A model generated the notes under the pieces. The model saw only the letters and a program-made list of their open reading frames with translations, was not told where the DNA came from and ran no database searches. The position numbers were made by a program, and so were the translations under genes. A DNA stretch of 64,000 bases. Origin: Dysgonomonas sp. (lineage in GTDB: Bacteria > Bacteroidota > Bacteroidia > Bacteroidales > Dysgonomonadaceae). The DNA is taken from contig JBKYIJ010000008.1 of assembly GCA_047030855.1 (NCBI GenBank), positions 1,464,489-1,528,488 on the forward strand. The letters run 5' to 3'. Shown in pieces: positions 8,944-19,887 of the stretch (positions are counted from its first letter, which is position 1; every line of letters begins with the position of its first letter).

Positions 8944-10107
8944 TTATTCTATTCCCAGCGTCAGTTTACAGATTTCAATTTCTTTCTTGTTTCCCGTGTT
9001 CTTACCCATTACGTCCGAAAGTTTTACGGCATGCAGATATTCTTCTTTCGGATTGACTTTTACTTCCGTCAGCTTGATAACTATGTTCAGCGATTTTACG
9101 CCGACATCGTTCGACAGGAATGTGCCGATCCCGTAAGTGTCGTGTACCCGTCCGTTAACGTGGTCTTTTATTCTTTTCACTTCTTCCAGATTCAGCGAAT
9201 CACTGTACACGATTGTTTTTGAAGTCGGATCTATACGGTTTTCCTCATAAAACTTTATTGTTTTATCCGTAAATTCCAGCGGATCGCCGCTGTCGCAACG
9301 TACACCGTCGAAAAGTTTGGCGAGTTTCAGATTAAACGATTTAAAGAACGAGTCGGTAGTGTACGTATCCGTCAATGTTATTCCGAGGCTTCCGTCATAA
9401 ACCTCCACCCACGCTTCCAGTGCTTTTATGTTTACGGCACGGTAGCCGAACAATGCGCCGTGGTACATAAACCATTCGTGGGGCATTGTTCCGATAGGTG
9501 TCGTGTTGTACTTCATGGCAAGATAGACGTTGCTGGTTCCTTTGAAATAGTCTCCCGAATTTTCTTTCAAACACTTGATAACTTTGTCCTGAACGTCGAA
9601 CGAGAATCTTCTCCGCGTTCCGAATTCCGAATAATCGGCTTGTAAATCAACCAGCTTTTTAGCCTTATCTATAGCCCTCTCTTCCACATCCATAGGTTTT
9701 ACGCCTGTCATCTCGAAATACAGTTCGGATATTATGGACAGCAAAGGCACTTCCCACAGAACGGTACGATACCAGAACCCTTCCGCCGTGACGCTTAACT
9801 CTCCCGATGAGTTTTGCGAAATGCTTACTTCGCTCGGATTGTATCTGTAGCCTTCGAGAAAATCGACGAATACGGGATCAAAAAAATAACATCTCTTTTC
9901 TATATATCGGCGTTCTTCTTTTGTCATTTTCAGATTTGCCATGCCGTTCACTTCTTCCCGCAGCCTTTCGGCAAATCCTTTCGGATATTTCAGATTGCCT
10001 CTGTCGATAAATTCATATTTGACGTACGCCCAAGGATACAGCCTTTGGATAGCCAGCATGACGGAGAATTTATAAAGATCGTTGTCCGTGAAATATTTTA
10101 TAATCAT
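8944..10107 (-). CDS. pncB: Nicotinate phosphoribosyltransferase
   Basis: DNDLYKF, EFGTRRRFS, GTSNV, GTMPHEW, GVRCDSGD and KLSD motifs. Confidence 0.96.
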   Translation of the reverse strand: MIIKYFTDNDLYKFSVMLAIQRLYPWAYVKYEFIDRGNLKYPKGFAERLREEVNGMANLKMTKEERRYIEKRCYFFDPVFVDFLEGYRYNPSEVSISQNSSGELSVTAEGFWYRTVLWEVPLLSIISELYFEMTGVKPMDVEERAIDKAKKLVDLQADYSEFGTRRRFSFDVQDKVIKCLKENSGDYFKGTSNVYLAMKYNTTPIGTMPHEWFMYHGALFGYRAVNIKALEAWVEVYDGSLGITLTDTYTTDSFFKSFNLKLAKLFDGVRCDSGDPLEFTDKTIKFYEENRIDPTSKTIVYSDSLNLEEVKRIKDHVNGRVHDTYGIGTFLSNDVGVKSLNIVIKLTEVKVNPKEEYLHAVKLSDVMGKNTGNKKEIEICKLTLGIE

Positions 10108-10215
10108 GTCGTCTCGAATTTTCGGTGATACGCAAAGTTCTATAAATTTCTATATATAACAATTATATACATAGGTATTGTTTAATATCTTTGCCCGATA
10201 TCATAAAATACAGGA

Positions 10216-10730
10216 ATGACGGAAGAGATTTTTCCCCTTGTAGACGAGTCGGGAAACGTAACAGGGCAGGCAACCCGATCGGAATGCCACAGCGGATCGA
10301 TGTTGCTGCATCCAGTCGTGCATCTTCATGTTTTTAACGCGAAAGGAGAATTATACATGCAAAAGAGATCGAGGAAGAAAGATATTTTTCCCGATTTGTG
10401 GGATACTTCGGTGGGCGGACATATCGATCTGGGCGAAACTCCCGGACAGGCTGTTTTACGAGAAGCGAAAGAAGAGCTTGGATTGTCCGGCTTTGTCCCT
10501 GAGTTTATTCTGAAACATATCATCGCAACCCGGTACGAAAGGGAACTGACGTATTGCTATTATACCGTGACCGATCAGATGCCGCAGCCTGACGGCGATG
10601 AGGTTTCCGACGGCAGATTCTGGACAATCATTGAGATTGAAAAAAAAAAATGGGGCAAAATATTTTTACCCCGAATTTTGAAAAAGATTTTAACCGCCTG
10701 CAACGATTGTTTAAATCACTTGCGGGATAA
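10216..10730 (+). CDS. NUDIX hydrolase (IPP-isomerase/YfcD-like), C-terminal frameshift in an A11 run
   Basis: HPVVHLHVFN and Nudix box GGHIDLGETPGQAVLREAKEELG. Correcting the A run (10640-10650) gives MGQNIFTPNFEKDF...AG-stop at 10730 and removes the overlap with the convergent gene. Confidence 0.85.
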
Positions 10731-10732
10731 AT

Positions 10733-11392
10733 TTAATAATACCATACTTCTAATATTTTTTCAATATCTTCTCCAGTCTCTAAGCTAAAATTAGGATAAT
10801 TATCGTATGGTTCTACTAATTTGTTATTCTCATAAAGATATATCCTGAAACTGTAATTTGCCGGAATATCTTTAAATGTTACTGTTCCTTGTCCGTCAGT
10901 TTTTCCTGAAAAATATGCTTTACTAATTATTTCTTCTAAGGAAGGATAATAAGTGTTTGAATTTATTGTTACGTTCAGATTGGAATATGGGACTCTGGAG
11001 TTTTCCCAATAATCGTACTTGAGAATCCTTATTGTTATAGTCCCTGTATTTGCAAAAGGATTGGATTCTATCGTTTTCTTTTTACCTGCTATAATTTGAA
11101 ACGTTTTCGAGTCAGAATAAGCGAAGCCATTCTTTACTGCGCTGACTGTGTATGAGTATGTATCTTGGAGTAAATCCCCAAAATCAACAATTCCCGTTTG
11201 GTTTGTTTTTTCTTCAATAAATAGATAATTATTTCTGTAAATACGGATTTTTGCATCCTTTATCGGATTGTTATTGTTATCCTTTACGGATATCGTCAAC
11301 GATCCGCTGTTGATAAGAGTGACATCCAGATCGTCTTTCTGGCATGCAAATAAGATTCCTAAAAGAGGAATAAAGAACAATAGTTTTTTCAT
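10733..11392 (-). CDS. Surface lipoprotein with two carboxypeptidase-regulatory/transthyretin-like beta domains
   Basis: Lipobox LFAC followed by QKDD. Two internal repeats (GSLTISVKD...KTNQTGIVDFGDL and GTITIRILK...KTDGQGTVTFKDI). Confidence 0.7.
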   Translation of the reverse strand: MKKLLFFIPLLGILFACQKDDLDVTLINSGSLTISVKDNNNNPIKDAKIRIYRNNYLFIEEKTNQTGIVDFGDLLQDTYSYTVSAVKNGFAYSDSKTFQIIAGKKKTIESNPFANTGTITIRILKYDYWENSRVPYSNLNVTINSNTYYPSLEEIISKAYFSGKTDGQGTVTFKDIPANYSFRIYLYENNKLVEPYDNYPNFSLETGEDIEKILEVWYY

Positions 11393-11520
11393 AATGTTTT
11401 TAATTTAAGAGTTTGATTAAAATGAATACACATTACCGATTTTTTTTAAAATGCAAATATAAGAAAAGAGATTTAATGTAAAATTATATTAAATTTGTTT
11501 TATAAAAATAAATTGAAGCG

Positions 11521-12357
11521 ATGAATTACGTAAAGGTTAATTTTGTTTGTATCCCTAACGATGATATAGTAAATAGCGTTCTTTCTGCCGTGATTGCAGA
11601 GATAGGGTTCGAAAGTTTTGAAGAGGCGGAAGAAGGAACGACGGCTTATGTTGCGGAAGAGCTTTTCGATAAAGACAGTCTGGATAAAATATTAAAAAAT
11701 TTCCCTGTTGAAGCTGAAATCACTTATACAGTAGAAGAAATTGAAGAAATCAACTGGAACGAGGAGTGGGAGAAGAATTATTTTAAACCCTTGATCATTG
11801 ACGATCGCTGTATCATACAAAGCACTTTCCATAATCAGCCTGCCGACTATGAATATAATATTCTGATCGATCCGAAAATGGCATTCGGAACGGGACATCA
11901 TCAAACCACCAAACTGATGATAAAGGAAATTCTTAAAATGGATTTAAAAGGAAAATCGGTTCTCGATATGGGATGCGGAACGGCGGTTCTTGCCATATTG
12001 GCTTCCATGCGGGGAGCTGATCCTATCGTTGCCATAGATATAGATCATTGGGCGTATGACAATGCGATTGAGAATCTGCAGTTGAACAATATCCACAATG
12101 TTGAGGTGCAAATCGGCGGCGCGGAAATTTTAGGCAGCCAAAAATTCGATGTCATATTTGCGAACATCAACCGCAATATCCTATTGAACGATATAAAGAA
12201 ATACGTATCCGTTCTTAATGAAAACGGTGAACTTTACATGAGCGGTTTTTACACCGAAGATATTCCCGTGCTCGAGAATGAATGCGCCCAATTCGGGCTT
12301 AAACTTTCGGGCTGCTCCGAAGATAATAACTGGGCAGAAGTGAAATTCACGTACTAA
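11521..12357 (+). CDS. prmA: 50S ribosomal protein L11 methyltransferase
   Basis: NWNEEW, DPKMAFGTGHHQTT, VLDMGCGTAVL and ANINRNIL motifs. Confidence 0.96.
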   Translation: MNYVKVNFVCIPNDDIVNSVLSAVIAEIGFESFEEAEEGTTAYVAEELFDKDSLDKILKNFPVEAEITYTVEEIEEINWNEEWEKNYFKPLIIDDRCIIQSTFHNQPADYEYNILIDPKMAFGTGHHQTTKLMIKEILKMDLKGKSVLDMGCGTAVLAILASMRGADPIVAIDIDHWAYDNAIENLQLNNIHNVEVQIGGAEILGSQKFDVIFANINRNILLNDIKKYVSVLNENGELYMSGFYTEDIPVLENECAQFGLKLSGCSEDNNWAEVKFTY

Positions 12358-12364
12358 GGAATTT

Positions 12365-13474
12365 CTATTTGTGCATTTCCACTTTTTGCGTCGGATCAAT
12401 ATCTCTGTTGCGTTTGTCGACAGCTTCCACAAACCTGTCGGCTAAGTCTGCAAATGCAGCACCTGTTATTGAGTTTTCGTTGAGGGCAACCGGCGTACCG
12501 TTATCTCCCGCTTCACGGATGCTTTGAACGATAGGGATTTGTCCGAGCAGATCGATGTGCATTTCTTCCGCCAGATTCTTACCTCCGTCCTTTCCGAAGA
12601 TGTAGTATTTGTTTTCGGGCAATTCGGCGGGCGTGAACCACGACATATTTTCGATCAGTCCCAATATCGGTACGTTCACTTTGTCGTTGGTGAACATATC
12701 TATCCCTTTACGGGCATCGGCAAGCGCCACTTCCTGCGGTGTGCTGACAACCACTGCTCCCGTGATTGCAAGCGTTTGCACCAGAGTAAGGTGTATGTCG
12801 CTTGTGCCCGGAGGAAAGTCTATCAGAAAATAGTCTAGCTCGTCCCAGTATCCGTCCGAAATGAGTTGTTTCAATGCGTTTCCTGCCATTGCTCCACGCC
12901 ATACGATAGCATCACCCTTGTTGACGAAAAAACCGATAGAAAGCATTTTTACGCCGTACTTTTCGACAGGTACAATCAGTTCCTTTCCGCCGACGGCTTC
13001 CAATACGGGGCGCGCATCTTCTACATCGAACATTTTGGGCTGTGAAGGACCGAATATATCCGCATCGAGTAGTCCTACTTTGTATCCTTTTTTTGCAAGG
13101 GCAACGGCAAGATTTGCCGCAACCGTGCTTTTCCCGACGCCGCCTTTTCCCGACGAGACGGCAATGATATTCTTAACTTTCGGTAAAAGCTTGGGAGGCT
13201 CGGCTTGCACGACCTGCTTTGTTTTTACCTCTATATTGTTTTTTATGTCAACGTCTTTGTCTACGAAAGTCAGTATAGCTGTTTCTGCTGCTTTCACCAC
13301 CGATTTTATGAACGGATCGTTGGGTTTGTCGAAAGTCATTGAAAAACTTACTTTCATTCCGTCTATATGGATGTCGTCGGATACCATTCCCATTTCAACG
13401 ATGTCTTTTCCTGATCCGGGATAACGGACGTTCCTGAGAGCATCCAATATAAGTTTAGGATATAGCTTTGTCAT
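12365..13474 (-). CDS. mrp: Mrp/NBP35 (ApbC) Fe-S cluster carrier ATPase
   Basis: [18 protein letters not shown] and DFPPGTSD motifs, with an N-terminal DUF59-like domain. Confidence 0.94.
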   Translation of the reverse strand: MTKLYPKLILDALRNVRYPGSGKDIVEMGMVSDDIHIDGMKVSFSMTFDKPNDPFIKSVVKAAETAILTFVDKDVDIKNNIEVKTKQVVQAEPPKLLPKVKNIIAVSSGKGGVGKSTVAANLAVALAKKGYKVGLLDADIFGPSQPKMFDVEDARPVLEAVGGKELIVPVEKYGVKMLSIGFFVNKGDAIVWRGAMAGNALKQLISDGYWDELDYFLIDFPPGTSDIHLTLVQTLAITGAVVVSTPQEVALADARKGIDMFTNDKVNVPILGLIENMSWFTPAELPENKYYIFGKDGGKNLAEEMHIDLLGQIPIVQSIREAGDNGTPVALNENSITGAAFADLADRFVEAVDKRNRDIDPTQKVEMHK

Positions 13475-14258
13475 TTTCTTTGGTTTTTTGTTGATTGTCT
13501 GTGTTGCTCAGCATCAGTTGCTGCAAATTGTTTCTTCCGAAACTTCGGTATGAATCCTGTTCGATTTCCACGTCGGGTTCGATCCATTTGTCACGATCCC
13601 GATATCCGAATTTCACGTATTTTATTTTGAGCCCTCTGGCAAGCCACTGTTGTTCGTAGAATGTCTGTATCTTAAGTATTTCGTCCACATAATCGGAATG
13701 ATAAAGATCGTTTGTCTGATAAAGAACAGGCAGATTGTTTTCTTTAATCATTTCGGCGGTATAGAAATACATAAAGTTGCTGTCGGTTTTTAAGTGAATG
13801 ATACCGTTTTCGGGCAATATTTGTCCGTAAAGTTTCATAAAACGTGTCGATGTCATCCGCTTATTGGTTTTGTTCATTTGCGGATCGGGGAAAGTCAGCC
13901 AGATTTCGGCAACCTCGCCTTTGTCGAAAAAGTGATTGATCAGTTCGATATGCGTTCTCAGAAAAGCGACATTGTTCATTTCTTCTTCCAGCGATTGCTT
14001 TGCTCCTGTCCACATTCTCGCGCCTTTTATGTCGATGCCGATAAAGTTTTTGTTCGGGAAAAGCTTTGCCAGCCCTACCGTATATTCACCTTTCCCGCAA
14101 CCGAGTTCCAAAACGATCGGATTGTCATTCTTGAAAAAATCGTCGTTCCATTTTCCTTTCATTTCAAACCCTTTTTCCTGTAGAGTGGCAAACGGGTATT
14201 GAAATACATGAGGATATTCCTCCATGCAGGCAAATTTTTTCAGTTTGTTTTTTCCCAT
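13455..14258 (-). CDS. trmB: tRNA (guanine-N7)-methyltransferase
   Basis: [27 protein letters not shown] and QTFYE motifs. Confidence 0.95.
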   Translation of the reverse strand: MGKNKLKKFACMEEYPHVFQYPFATLQEKGFEMKGKWNDDFFKNDNPIVLELGCGKGEYTVGLAKLFPNKNFIGIDIKGARMWTGAKQSLEEEMNNVAFLRTHIELINHFFDKGEVAEIWLTFPDPQMNKTNKRMTSTRFMKLYGQILPENGIIHLKTDSNFMYFYTAEMIKENNLPVLYQTNDLYHSDYVDEILKIQTFYEQQWLARGLKIKYVKFGYRDRDKWIEPDVEIEQDSYRSFGRNNLQQLMLSNTDNQQKTKENDKAIS

Positions 14259-14284
14259 TCGGACATTTTGTTTGATTCGTTTTG

Positions 14285-14292
14285 CAAAGATA
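14285..14292 (-). promoter_or_regulatory. -7 promoter element for trmB-mrp
   Basis: CAAAGATA on + (TATCTTTG on -), about 26 nt upstream of the ATG. Confidence 0.6.
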
Positions 14293-14355
14293 AATTAAAA
14301 TTGCTTTTTAGATTCAGGTTATTTTTATTCTCTATCATTTATTGATTGTAAAAAC

Positions 14356-14387
14356 AAAAAACCTTGTTTCGAAAACAAGGTTTTTTT
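14356..14387 (-). terminator. Intrinsic terminator after oxyR
   Basis: AAAAAACCTTGTTT-cga-AAACAAGGTTTTTTT, perfect stem. Confidence 0.8.
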
Positions 14388-14411
14388 ATTCAATAATGTT
14401 TGACAGGAAGA

Positions 14412-15365
14412 TTAAATGTCAACGACAAATTTCTTCAGATTAGGATCCAGAAGATTTTTGGGTACCGACTGTTTCACTTCATCTATCAGTATGTTTAAAA
14501 CGCGTTCCCTCAAAAAGTCTTTGCGGGTGATAAGGCTTATCTCTCTGACAGGAGAGATATCTTTAAATGGTCTGACATGCTTTTTTTGCTCCTCCGTCAG
14601 TTCCGCTATCGCCATTTCGGGGATAACCGTGATTCCGCTGTTGTTGTCTACGATATTGATAAGCGTACCAATGCTTCCTGCTTCGTAAGTGAACAACGGA
14701 TGCGACGAGCCGAAAGCTCTTTTTCTTTTTCTCAGATTACATATTCTTAATATCTGGTTTCTGAAACAGTGGACTTCTTCAAGAAGCCAGAGCCTGCTTA
14801 TGTTCAGATCCTCTTCATCCAATTCCTTTTTGGCGTACAAAGACGTTTCTTTCGGCGAAACGTATGCGTAGAATTTTTCGTAATAGATAGGATATTCGGT
14901 TATCCTATCGTTTTTCAGCGGAGTGGCGAGAATAGCCCCGTCAAGGGAACCGCTGAGCAACCGTTCTATTATCTGGTTGGTTGTAGTTTCCTGCACGACG
15001 AGTTCTATGTCATACCCGTTTTCTTCGTGTTTCTCCATGAAACTCGGAAGCAGGTAAGGCGCAATTGTCGGGATAATTCCCAATCGGAAAGCACCTTGTA
15101 CAATGCCTTTCTCTTCTTGTATGATTTCTTTTATTTGCTTGACCTGCGAAATTATGACTCTTGCCTGATTGATTATCTGAGTTCCGATAGGAGTCGGTTG
15201 TACAGGCAGCTGGCTTCTGTCGAATATTTTAACGCCCAACTCGTCCTCCAGTTTCTGGATCATCATGCTCAACGTAGGCTGAGTAACAAACGATGCTTCG
15301 GCTGCTTTGGCAAAATGACGATGATTGTCGACTGCGATGATGTACTCTAATTGTTGTATGTTCAT
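14412..15365 (-). CDS. oxyR: Hydrogen-peroxide-responsive LysR regulator OxyR
   Basis: LysR HTH (HFAKAAEASFVTQPTLS), IPTIAPYLLP and the redox Cys pair HCFRNQILRIC. Confidence 0.92.
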   Translation of the reverse strand: MNIQQLEYIIAVDNHRHFAKAAEASFVTQPTLSMMIQKLEDELGVKIFDRSQLPVQPTPIGTQIINQARVIISQVKQIKEIIQEEKGIVQGAFRLGIIPTIAPYLLPSFMEKHEENGYDIELVVQETTTNQIIERLLSGSLDGAILATPLKNDRITEYPIYYEKFYAYVSPKETSLYAKKELDEEDLNISRLWLLEEVHCFRNQILRICNLRKRKRAFGSSHPLFTYEAGSIGTLINIVDNNSGITVIPEMAIAELTEEQKKHVRPFKDISPVREISLITRKDFLRERVLNILIDEVKQSVPKNLLDPNLKKFVVDI

Positions 15366-15379
15366 AACATTACTTTTTT

Positions 15380-16045
15380 TCAGATTCTTTCGCCGAAAAT
15401 GGAAGTTCCTATTCTTACGATAGTCGCTCCTTCCTCGATTGCGATCTTATAGTCGTGGGACATTCCCATCGACACTTCTTTAAAATGCTTATACCCCGTA
15501 AAATGTTCATTTTTCAATTCGTCAAAAAACTTTTTCAGTGAACGGAATTCATTTCTAACCTGATCGAGGTCGTCCGTATCTGTTGCCATTCCCATAACGC
15601 CTGCGATTTTCACGTTTTGCAGCGATTTCCAATCATTGTCTTTCAGAAAACAGCGGCACGATTCGAAGTTAAACCCGTACTTGCTTTCTTCTTGAGCAAT
15701 ATGGATTTCGAGAAGGCAGTTTACAGATACATTAAAGACTGAGGCTTGTTTCTCGATTTCTTCAATCAGTTTCCAACTGTCGACACTGTGAATCGTATTT
15801 ACGTACGGTACGATCTTCTTTACCTTGTTTGTTTGCAGATGCCCGATAAAATGCCATTCTATATCTTTCGGCAGCAGGCTTTGCTTTTGATCGACCTCCT
15901 GCATCCGGCTTTCTCCAAACGCTCTTTGTCCTGCGTCGTATGCCTCTGATATATCTTTTACGGGATGAAATTTCGAAACAGCCACAAGTTTTACGCCTTG
16001 CGGCAATGTTTGTTTTATTTTATCCAGATTTTCGGCAATGCTCAT
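15380..16045 (-). CDS. yggS: PLP homeostasis protein YggS
   Basis: LVAVSK, WHFIGHLQTNK, SMGMSHDY and VRIGTSIFGER motifs. Confidence 0.95.
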   Translation of the reverse strand: MSIAENLDKIKQTLPQGVKLVAVSKFHPVKDISEAYDAGQRAFGESRMQEVDQKQSLLPKDIEWHFIGHLQTNKVKKIVPYVNTIHSVDSWKLIEEIEKQASVFNVSVNCLLEIHIAQEESKYGFNFESCRCFLKDNDWKSLQNVKIAGVMGMATDTDDLDQVRNEFRSLKKFFDELKNEHFTGYKHFKEVSMGMSHDYKIAIEEGATIVRIGTSIFGERI

Positions 16046-16051
16046 ATTCCT

Positions 16052-16498
16052 TTAAATTTCTTTTTTCTCTTCGGCGGAATAAGGGAAAATATCTACGATC
16101 GCCGTTTCCGTCAGGCTTGCTATGGAATAATCGGCTAATGTCCCCGCCATGCCTTTCTCTACAATCGAAAGAGCGTCTTTCAGATCGGAAGCCTGTGCAA
16201 GCATCTGTGCGGCTGTCTTTTTTTCCGCTCCGCTTTTTTCATCCAATGTTATGAAATATACCTTTGCCTTGAAAAAACGGTCGCCGTTTTCGTTCAGAAA
16301 AGTTTCGGAATACTTTGCTCTTTTAATGTCGGCAACCGTAAATTCACCGCTTATATAAGGTCTGATTTCTTCAATTATTTTCGCTTCTGCCTCGGTAAAC
16401 GACAGGGCATCTACCAGATAAGGCTCCGTTACTTTTTTCTGCACCCCGTTTTCCATCATTTTGTCGTAACTGACACGACATTCGAACCAATTGTACAT
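16052..16498 (-). CDS. DUF4494-family protein
   Basis: WFEC...KKVTEPYLVDALSFTEAEA...LDEKSGAEKK, a conserved Bacteroidota pattern. Confidence 0.85.
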   Translation of the reverse strand: MYNWFECRVSYDKMMENGVQKKVTEPYLVDALSFTEAEAKIIEEIRPYISGEFTVADIKRAKYSETFLNENGDRFFKAKVYFITLDEKSGAEKKTAAQMLAQASDLKDALSIVEKGMAGTLADYSIASLTETAIVDIFPYSAEEKKEI

Positions 16499-16711
16499 GT
16501 ATAATATATTTATTAGGTTTACTAATTCAAGAAAGCAAATTTACATAATAAAGATAACATTTGTGGTCATTTATTCCTATCTTTATTTTCCAAAAGGCAA
16601 AAGATATGGTTGCCTTTTAAAAGAATAAAATAAATTTACGTATTTTTTAATGTATTTTTAATTTATACCCTTTGTTTGTTTTTTAATTAATTCATTAACA
16701 ATTAAACCCTT

Positions 16712-17449
16712 ATGAGAAAAGTCTTAAATAAAGTTATTCCTGCCCCTATTCTGTTGTGGTATAAAAAATGGTATAAAAAAAGAAACTCTCATTCGGAAAA
16801 ATTCCAAGGGAAAAGCCCTCAGGAAATTTTTACAGACATATACAATACAAATCACTGGACAAGTCCTGAAAGCATTTCAGGACCGGGATCGGATTCCGAA
16901 CAAACAACGACGTTGGTTGACGGTCTTAACAGCTTAATTAAAGAAAATAACATAAAATCAATATTGGACATTCCTTGCGGAGATTTTAACTGGATGCAAA
17001 AAGTTGATTTGGAAGGTATAGATTATATCGGTGCAGACATAGTTGAAGCCCTTATCAGTGAAAATCAGCAGAAATATACAGCCGAAAATATCCGCTTCGA
17101 AGTGCTGGATTTGATATCCGATAAATTGCCTAAAGTCGATATTTTGGTTGTAAGAGACTGCCTTGTGCATTTATCTCTGGAAAATATTTATAATTCTGTT
17201 AAGAATATAAAATCATCAGGAGCCAAATATTTACTGGCGACAACTTTTCCTGAACATTCCGTGAATTTTGATATACAAACCGGCGAATGGAGACCTCTGA
17301 ATCTGCAGATAAAACCGTTTAAGTTTCCTAAACCGTTATTGATTATAAACGAAGGATGTACGGAAGTTAAAGGCAGATTTAATGACAAATCAATGGCTCT
17401 ATGGGAAATAGCTCAAATAGAATTGCCTCCAGCGCCTTATAAGGAATAA
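16712..17449 (+). CDS. Class I SAM-dependent methyltransferase, substrate unknown
   Basis: ESISGPGS, SILDIPCGDFNWM (motif I), YIGADIV and RDCLVHL. Confidence 0.8.
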   Translation: MRKVLNKVIPAPILLWYKKWYKKRNSHSEKFQGKSPQEIFTDIYNTNHWTSPESISGPGSDSEQTTTLVDGLNSLIKENNIKSILDIPCGDFNWMQKVDLEGIDYIGADIVEALISENQQKYTAENIRFEVLDLISDKLPKVDILVVRDCLVHLSLENIYNSVKNIKSSGAKYLLATTFPEHSVNFDIQTGEWRPLNLQIKPFKFPKPLLIINEGCTEVKGRFNDKSMALWEIAQIELPPAPYKE

Positions 17450-17497
17450 AAAAGAATAGAATTGATAAGTGAATTATAATCTGTAATTCCAAATTAT

Positions 17498-17505
17498 TAT
17501 CTTTG
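17498..17505 (+). promoter_or_regulatory. -7 promoter element for ffh
   Basis: TATCTTTG 36 nt upstream of the ATG. Confidence 0.6.
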
Positions 17506-17541
17506 CGGACATTCAACGAAATAAGAAACAATAAATAGACT

Positions 17542-18870
17542 ATGTTTGAGAATTTAAGTGACAGACTGGATCGGTCGTTTAAGCTGCTGAAAGGAGAAGG
17601 CAAGATTACGGAAATTAATGTTGCGGAAACCCTGAAAGATGTACGCAGGGCTTTACTCGATGCCGACGTTAATTATAAAACCGCCAAACAATTTACCGAA
17701 ACCGTTAAGGAGAAAGCTTTGGGACAAAATGTTCTGACAGCCGTTAAACCCGGACAACTGATGGTGAAGATCGTTCATGACGAACTCGCTCTACTTATGG
17801 GAGGAACGGCGGTAGATATCAATCTGAAAGGTTCGCCTTCCGTTATTTTAATGGCAGGGCTTCAGGGATCGGGAAAAACGACGTTTTCGGGCAAGCTGGC
17901 TAAATTGCTGAAATCAAAGAAAGGTAAAAATCCGCTTCTCGTTGCTGACGATATTTATCGTCCCGCTGCGATCGAACAGTTGAAAGTTCTGGGAGAACAG
18001 ATCGGCGTTCCCGTATATTCGGAAGAAGGGAATAAAAATCCTGTCGAAATAGCTCAGAATGCTATTAAATATGCGAAGCAGAACGGAAACGACCTTGTCA
18101 TTATAGACACGGCGGGGCGTTTGGCTATCGACGAAGCGATGATGAACGAGATCGCGGCAATTAAAAACGCTGTCAAACCCGACGAAATACTCTTTGTCGT
18201 GGACTCCATGACAGGGCAGGATGCCGTAAACACGGCCAAAGAATTTAACGACAGGCTCGATTTTGACGGAGTGGTGCTTACCAAACTGGATGGCGATACC
18301 CGCGGCGGAGCAGCCTTGTCCATCCGTTCGGTTGTAAACAAACCGATAAAGTTTGTCGGAATGGGCGAGAAAATGGATGCGCTGGATGTATTCCACCCCG
18401 AACGTATGGCAGACCGTATTCTCGGAATGGGTGACATCGTTTCTCTTGTCGAAAAAGCCCAAGAGCAATTTGATGAAGAAGAAGCGCGACGCCTTCAGAA
18501 GAAAATCGCGAAGAACCAATTTGACTTCAATGATTTCATTGCCCAGATACAACAGATAAAGAAAATGGGTAACCTTAAAGATCTGGCGTCTATGATTCCC
18601 GGAGTAGGAAAAGCCATGAAGGATGTTGACATTGACGATGACGCGTTCAAAAGTATAGAAGCCATTATTCACTCTATGACTCCGAAGGAGAGGACGAGTC
18701 CCGAGATAATAAACGGAAGCCGTAAACAACGGATCGCCACAGGAAGCGGAACTTCGATACAAGAAGTGAACAAGCTTCTGAAACAATTTGACGAAACCCG
18801 TAAGATGATGAAGATGATGACTCAGATGAAGGGTGCGGGCAAAATGATGTCGAAAATGAAACGCAGATAA
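17542..18870 (+). CDS. ffh: Signal recognition particle protein
   Basis: [15 protein letters not shown] and [10 protein letters not shown] motifs plus a Met-rich M domain. Confidence 0.98.
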   Translation: MFENLSDRLDRSFKLLKGEGKITEINVAETLKDVRRALLDADVNYKTAKQFTETVKEKALGQNVLTAVKPGQLMVKIVHDELALLMGGTAVDINLKGSPSVILMAGLQGSGKTTFSGKLAKLLKSKKGKNPLLVADDIYRPAAIEQLKVLGEQIGVPVYSEEGNKNPVEIAQNAIKYAKQNGNDLVIIDTAGRLAIDEAMMNEIAAIKNAVKPDEILFVVDSMTGQDAVNTAKEFNDRLDFDGVVLTKLDGDTRGGAALSIRSVVNKPIKFVGMGEKMDALDVFHPERMADRILGMGDIVSLVEKAQEQFDEEEARRLQKKIAKNQFDFNDFIAQIQQIKKMGNLKDLASMIPGVGKAMKDVDIDDDAFKSIEAIIHSMTPKERTSPEIINGSRKQRIATGSGTSIQEVNKLLKQFDETRKMMKMMTQMKGAGKMMSKMKRR

Positions 18871-18882
18871 GAATTATTATAG

Positions 18883-18911
18883 AAAAGGCGAAAAATGTTT
18901 TTCGCTTTTTT
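18883..18911 (+). terminator. Intrinsic terminator after ffh
   Basis: AAAAGGCGAAAAA-tg-TTTTTCGCTTTTTT. Confidence 0.65.
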
Positions 18912-18944
18912 AATTGTATTTATCGGACAAAAAATCTAAAAACT

Positions 18945-19827
18945 ATGCAACTGATAGACGGAAAAGCGATAGCGGCTCAGATAAAGCAGGAAATAGCCGA
19001 AGAGGTAAAGCAAATTTTAAACGACGGAGGCAAGCGTCCGCATCTGGCGGCAGTGCTCGTGGGACATGACGGAGGCAGCGAAACCTATGTGACAAGCAAA
19101 GTGCGGACTTGTGAAGAAGTCGGCTTCAAGTCATCGCTTATCAGGTATGAGGACGATGTTACCGAGGCTGAACTGTTAGCTTGCGTGGATCGCCTGAACA
19201 AAGATGAAGACGTTGACGGTTTCATAGTTCAGCTTCCGCTTCCGAAACATATATCCGAACAGAAAGTAATAGAAGCGATTGATTATCGCAAAGATGTCGA
19301 CGGTTTTCATCCCGTTAACGTAGGGCGTATGTCCATCGGTTTGCCCTGCTTCGTTTCCGCGACTCCTGCCGGTATTATAGAACTTCTGAAAAGATATAAG
19401 ATCGAGACTCAAGGAAAGCATTGCGTGGTTTTAGGGCGGAGCAATATTGTCGGGAAACCTGTTGCCAGCCTTATGATGCAAAAATCATATCCCGGTGACG
19501 CAACCGTTACCGTTTGCCATAGCCGTACGCCCGATATTAAGGAAGTTTGCCGGCAGGCGGATATAATTATTGCCGCCCTCGGTTCTCCCGAGTTTCTGAA
19601 AGGCGATATGGTCAAAGACGGCGTTGTCGTAATCGACGTGGGAACGACAAGAGTCCCTTCAACCGAAACAAAATCGGGATTCAGACTCAAAGGCGATGTC
19701 GCATTTGACGAAGTTGCGTCCAAATCGTCATACATAACGCCTGTCCCCGGCGGAGTAGGGCCTATGACTATTGTGTCGCTGATGAAAAAATACTTTGCTG
19801 GCAGGAAAGAAAGCGATATATAAATGA
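18945..19827 (+). CDS. folD: Methylenetetrahydrofolate dehydrogenase/cyclohydrolase (extra A near 3' end)
   Basis: [23 protein letters not shown] and [11 protein letters not shown]. Removing one A from 19785-19790 restores the usual end [18 protein letters not shown] at 19827. Confidence 0.96.
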
Positions 19828-19887
19828 TTTTATATTTAATTATTTATATAACTTATCAAGTTAATCCTCTTTTATAAACTTAACACT

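Noticed and set aside
17914..18786. 290-aa antisense ORF within ffh
   Set aside because: Shadow frame of a highly conserved gene, with no recognisable motifs.
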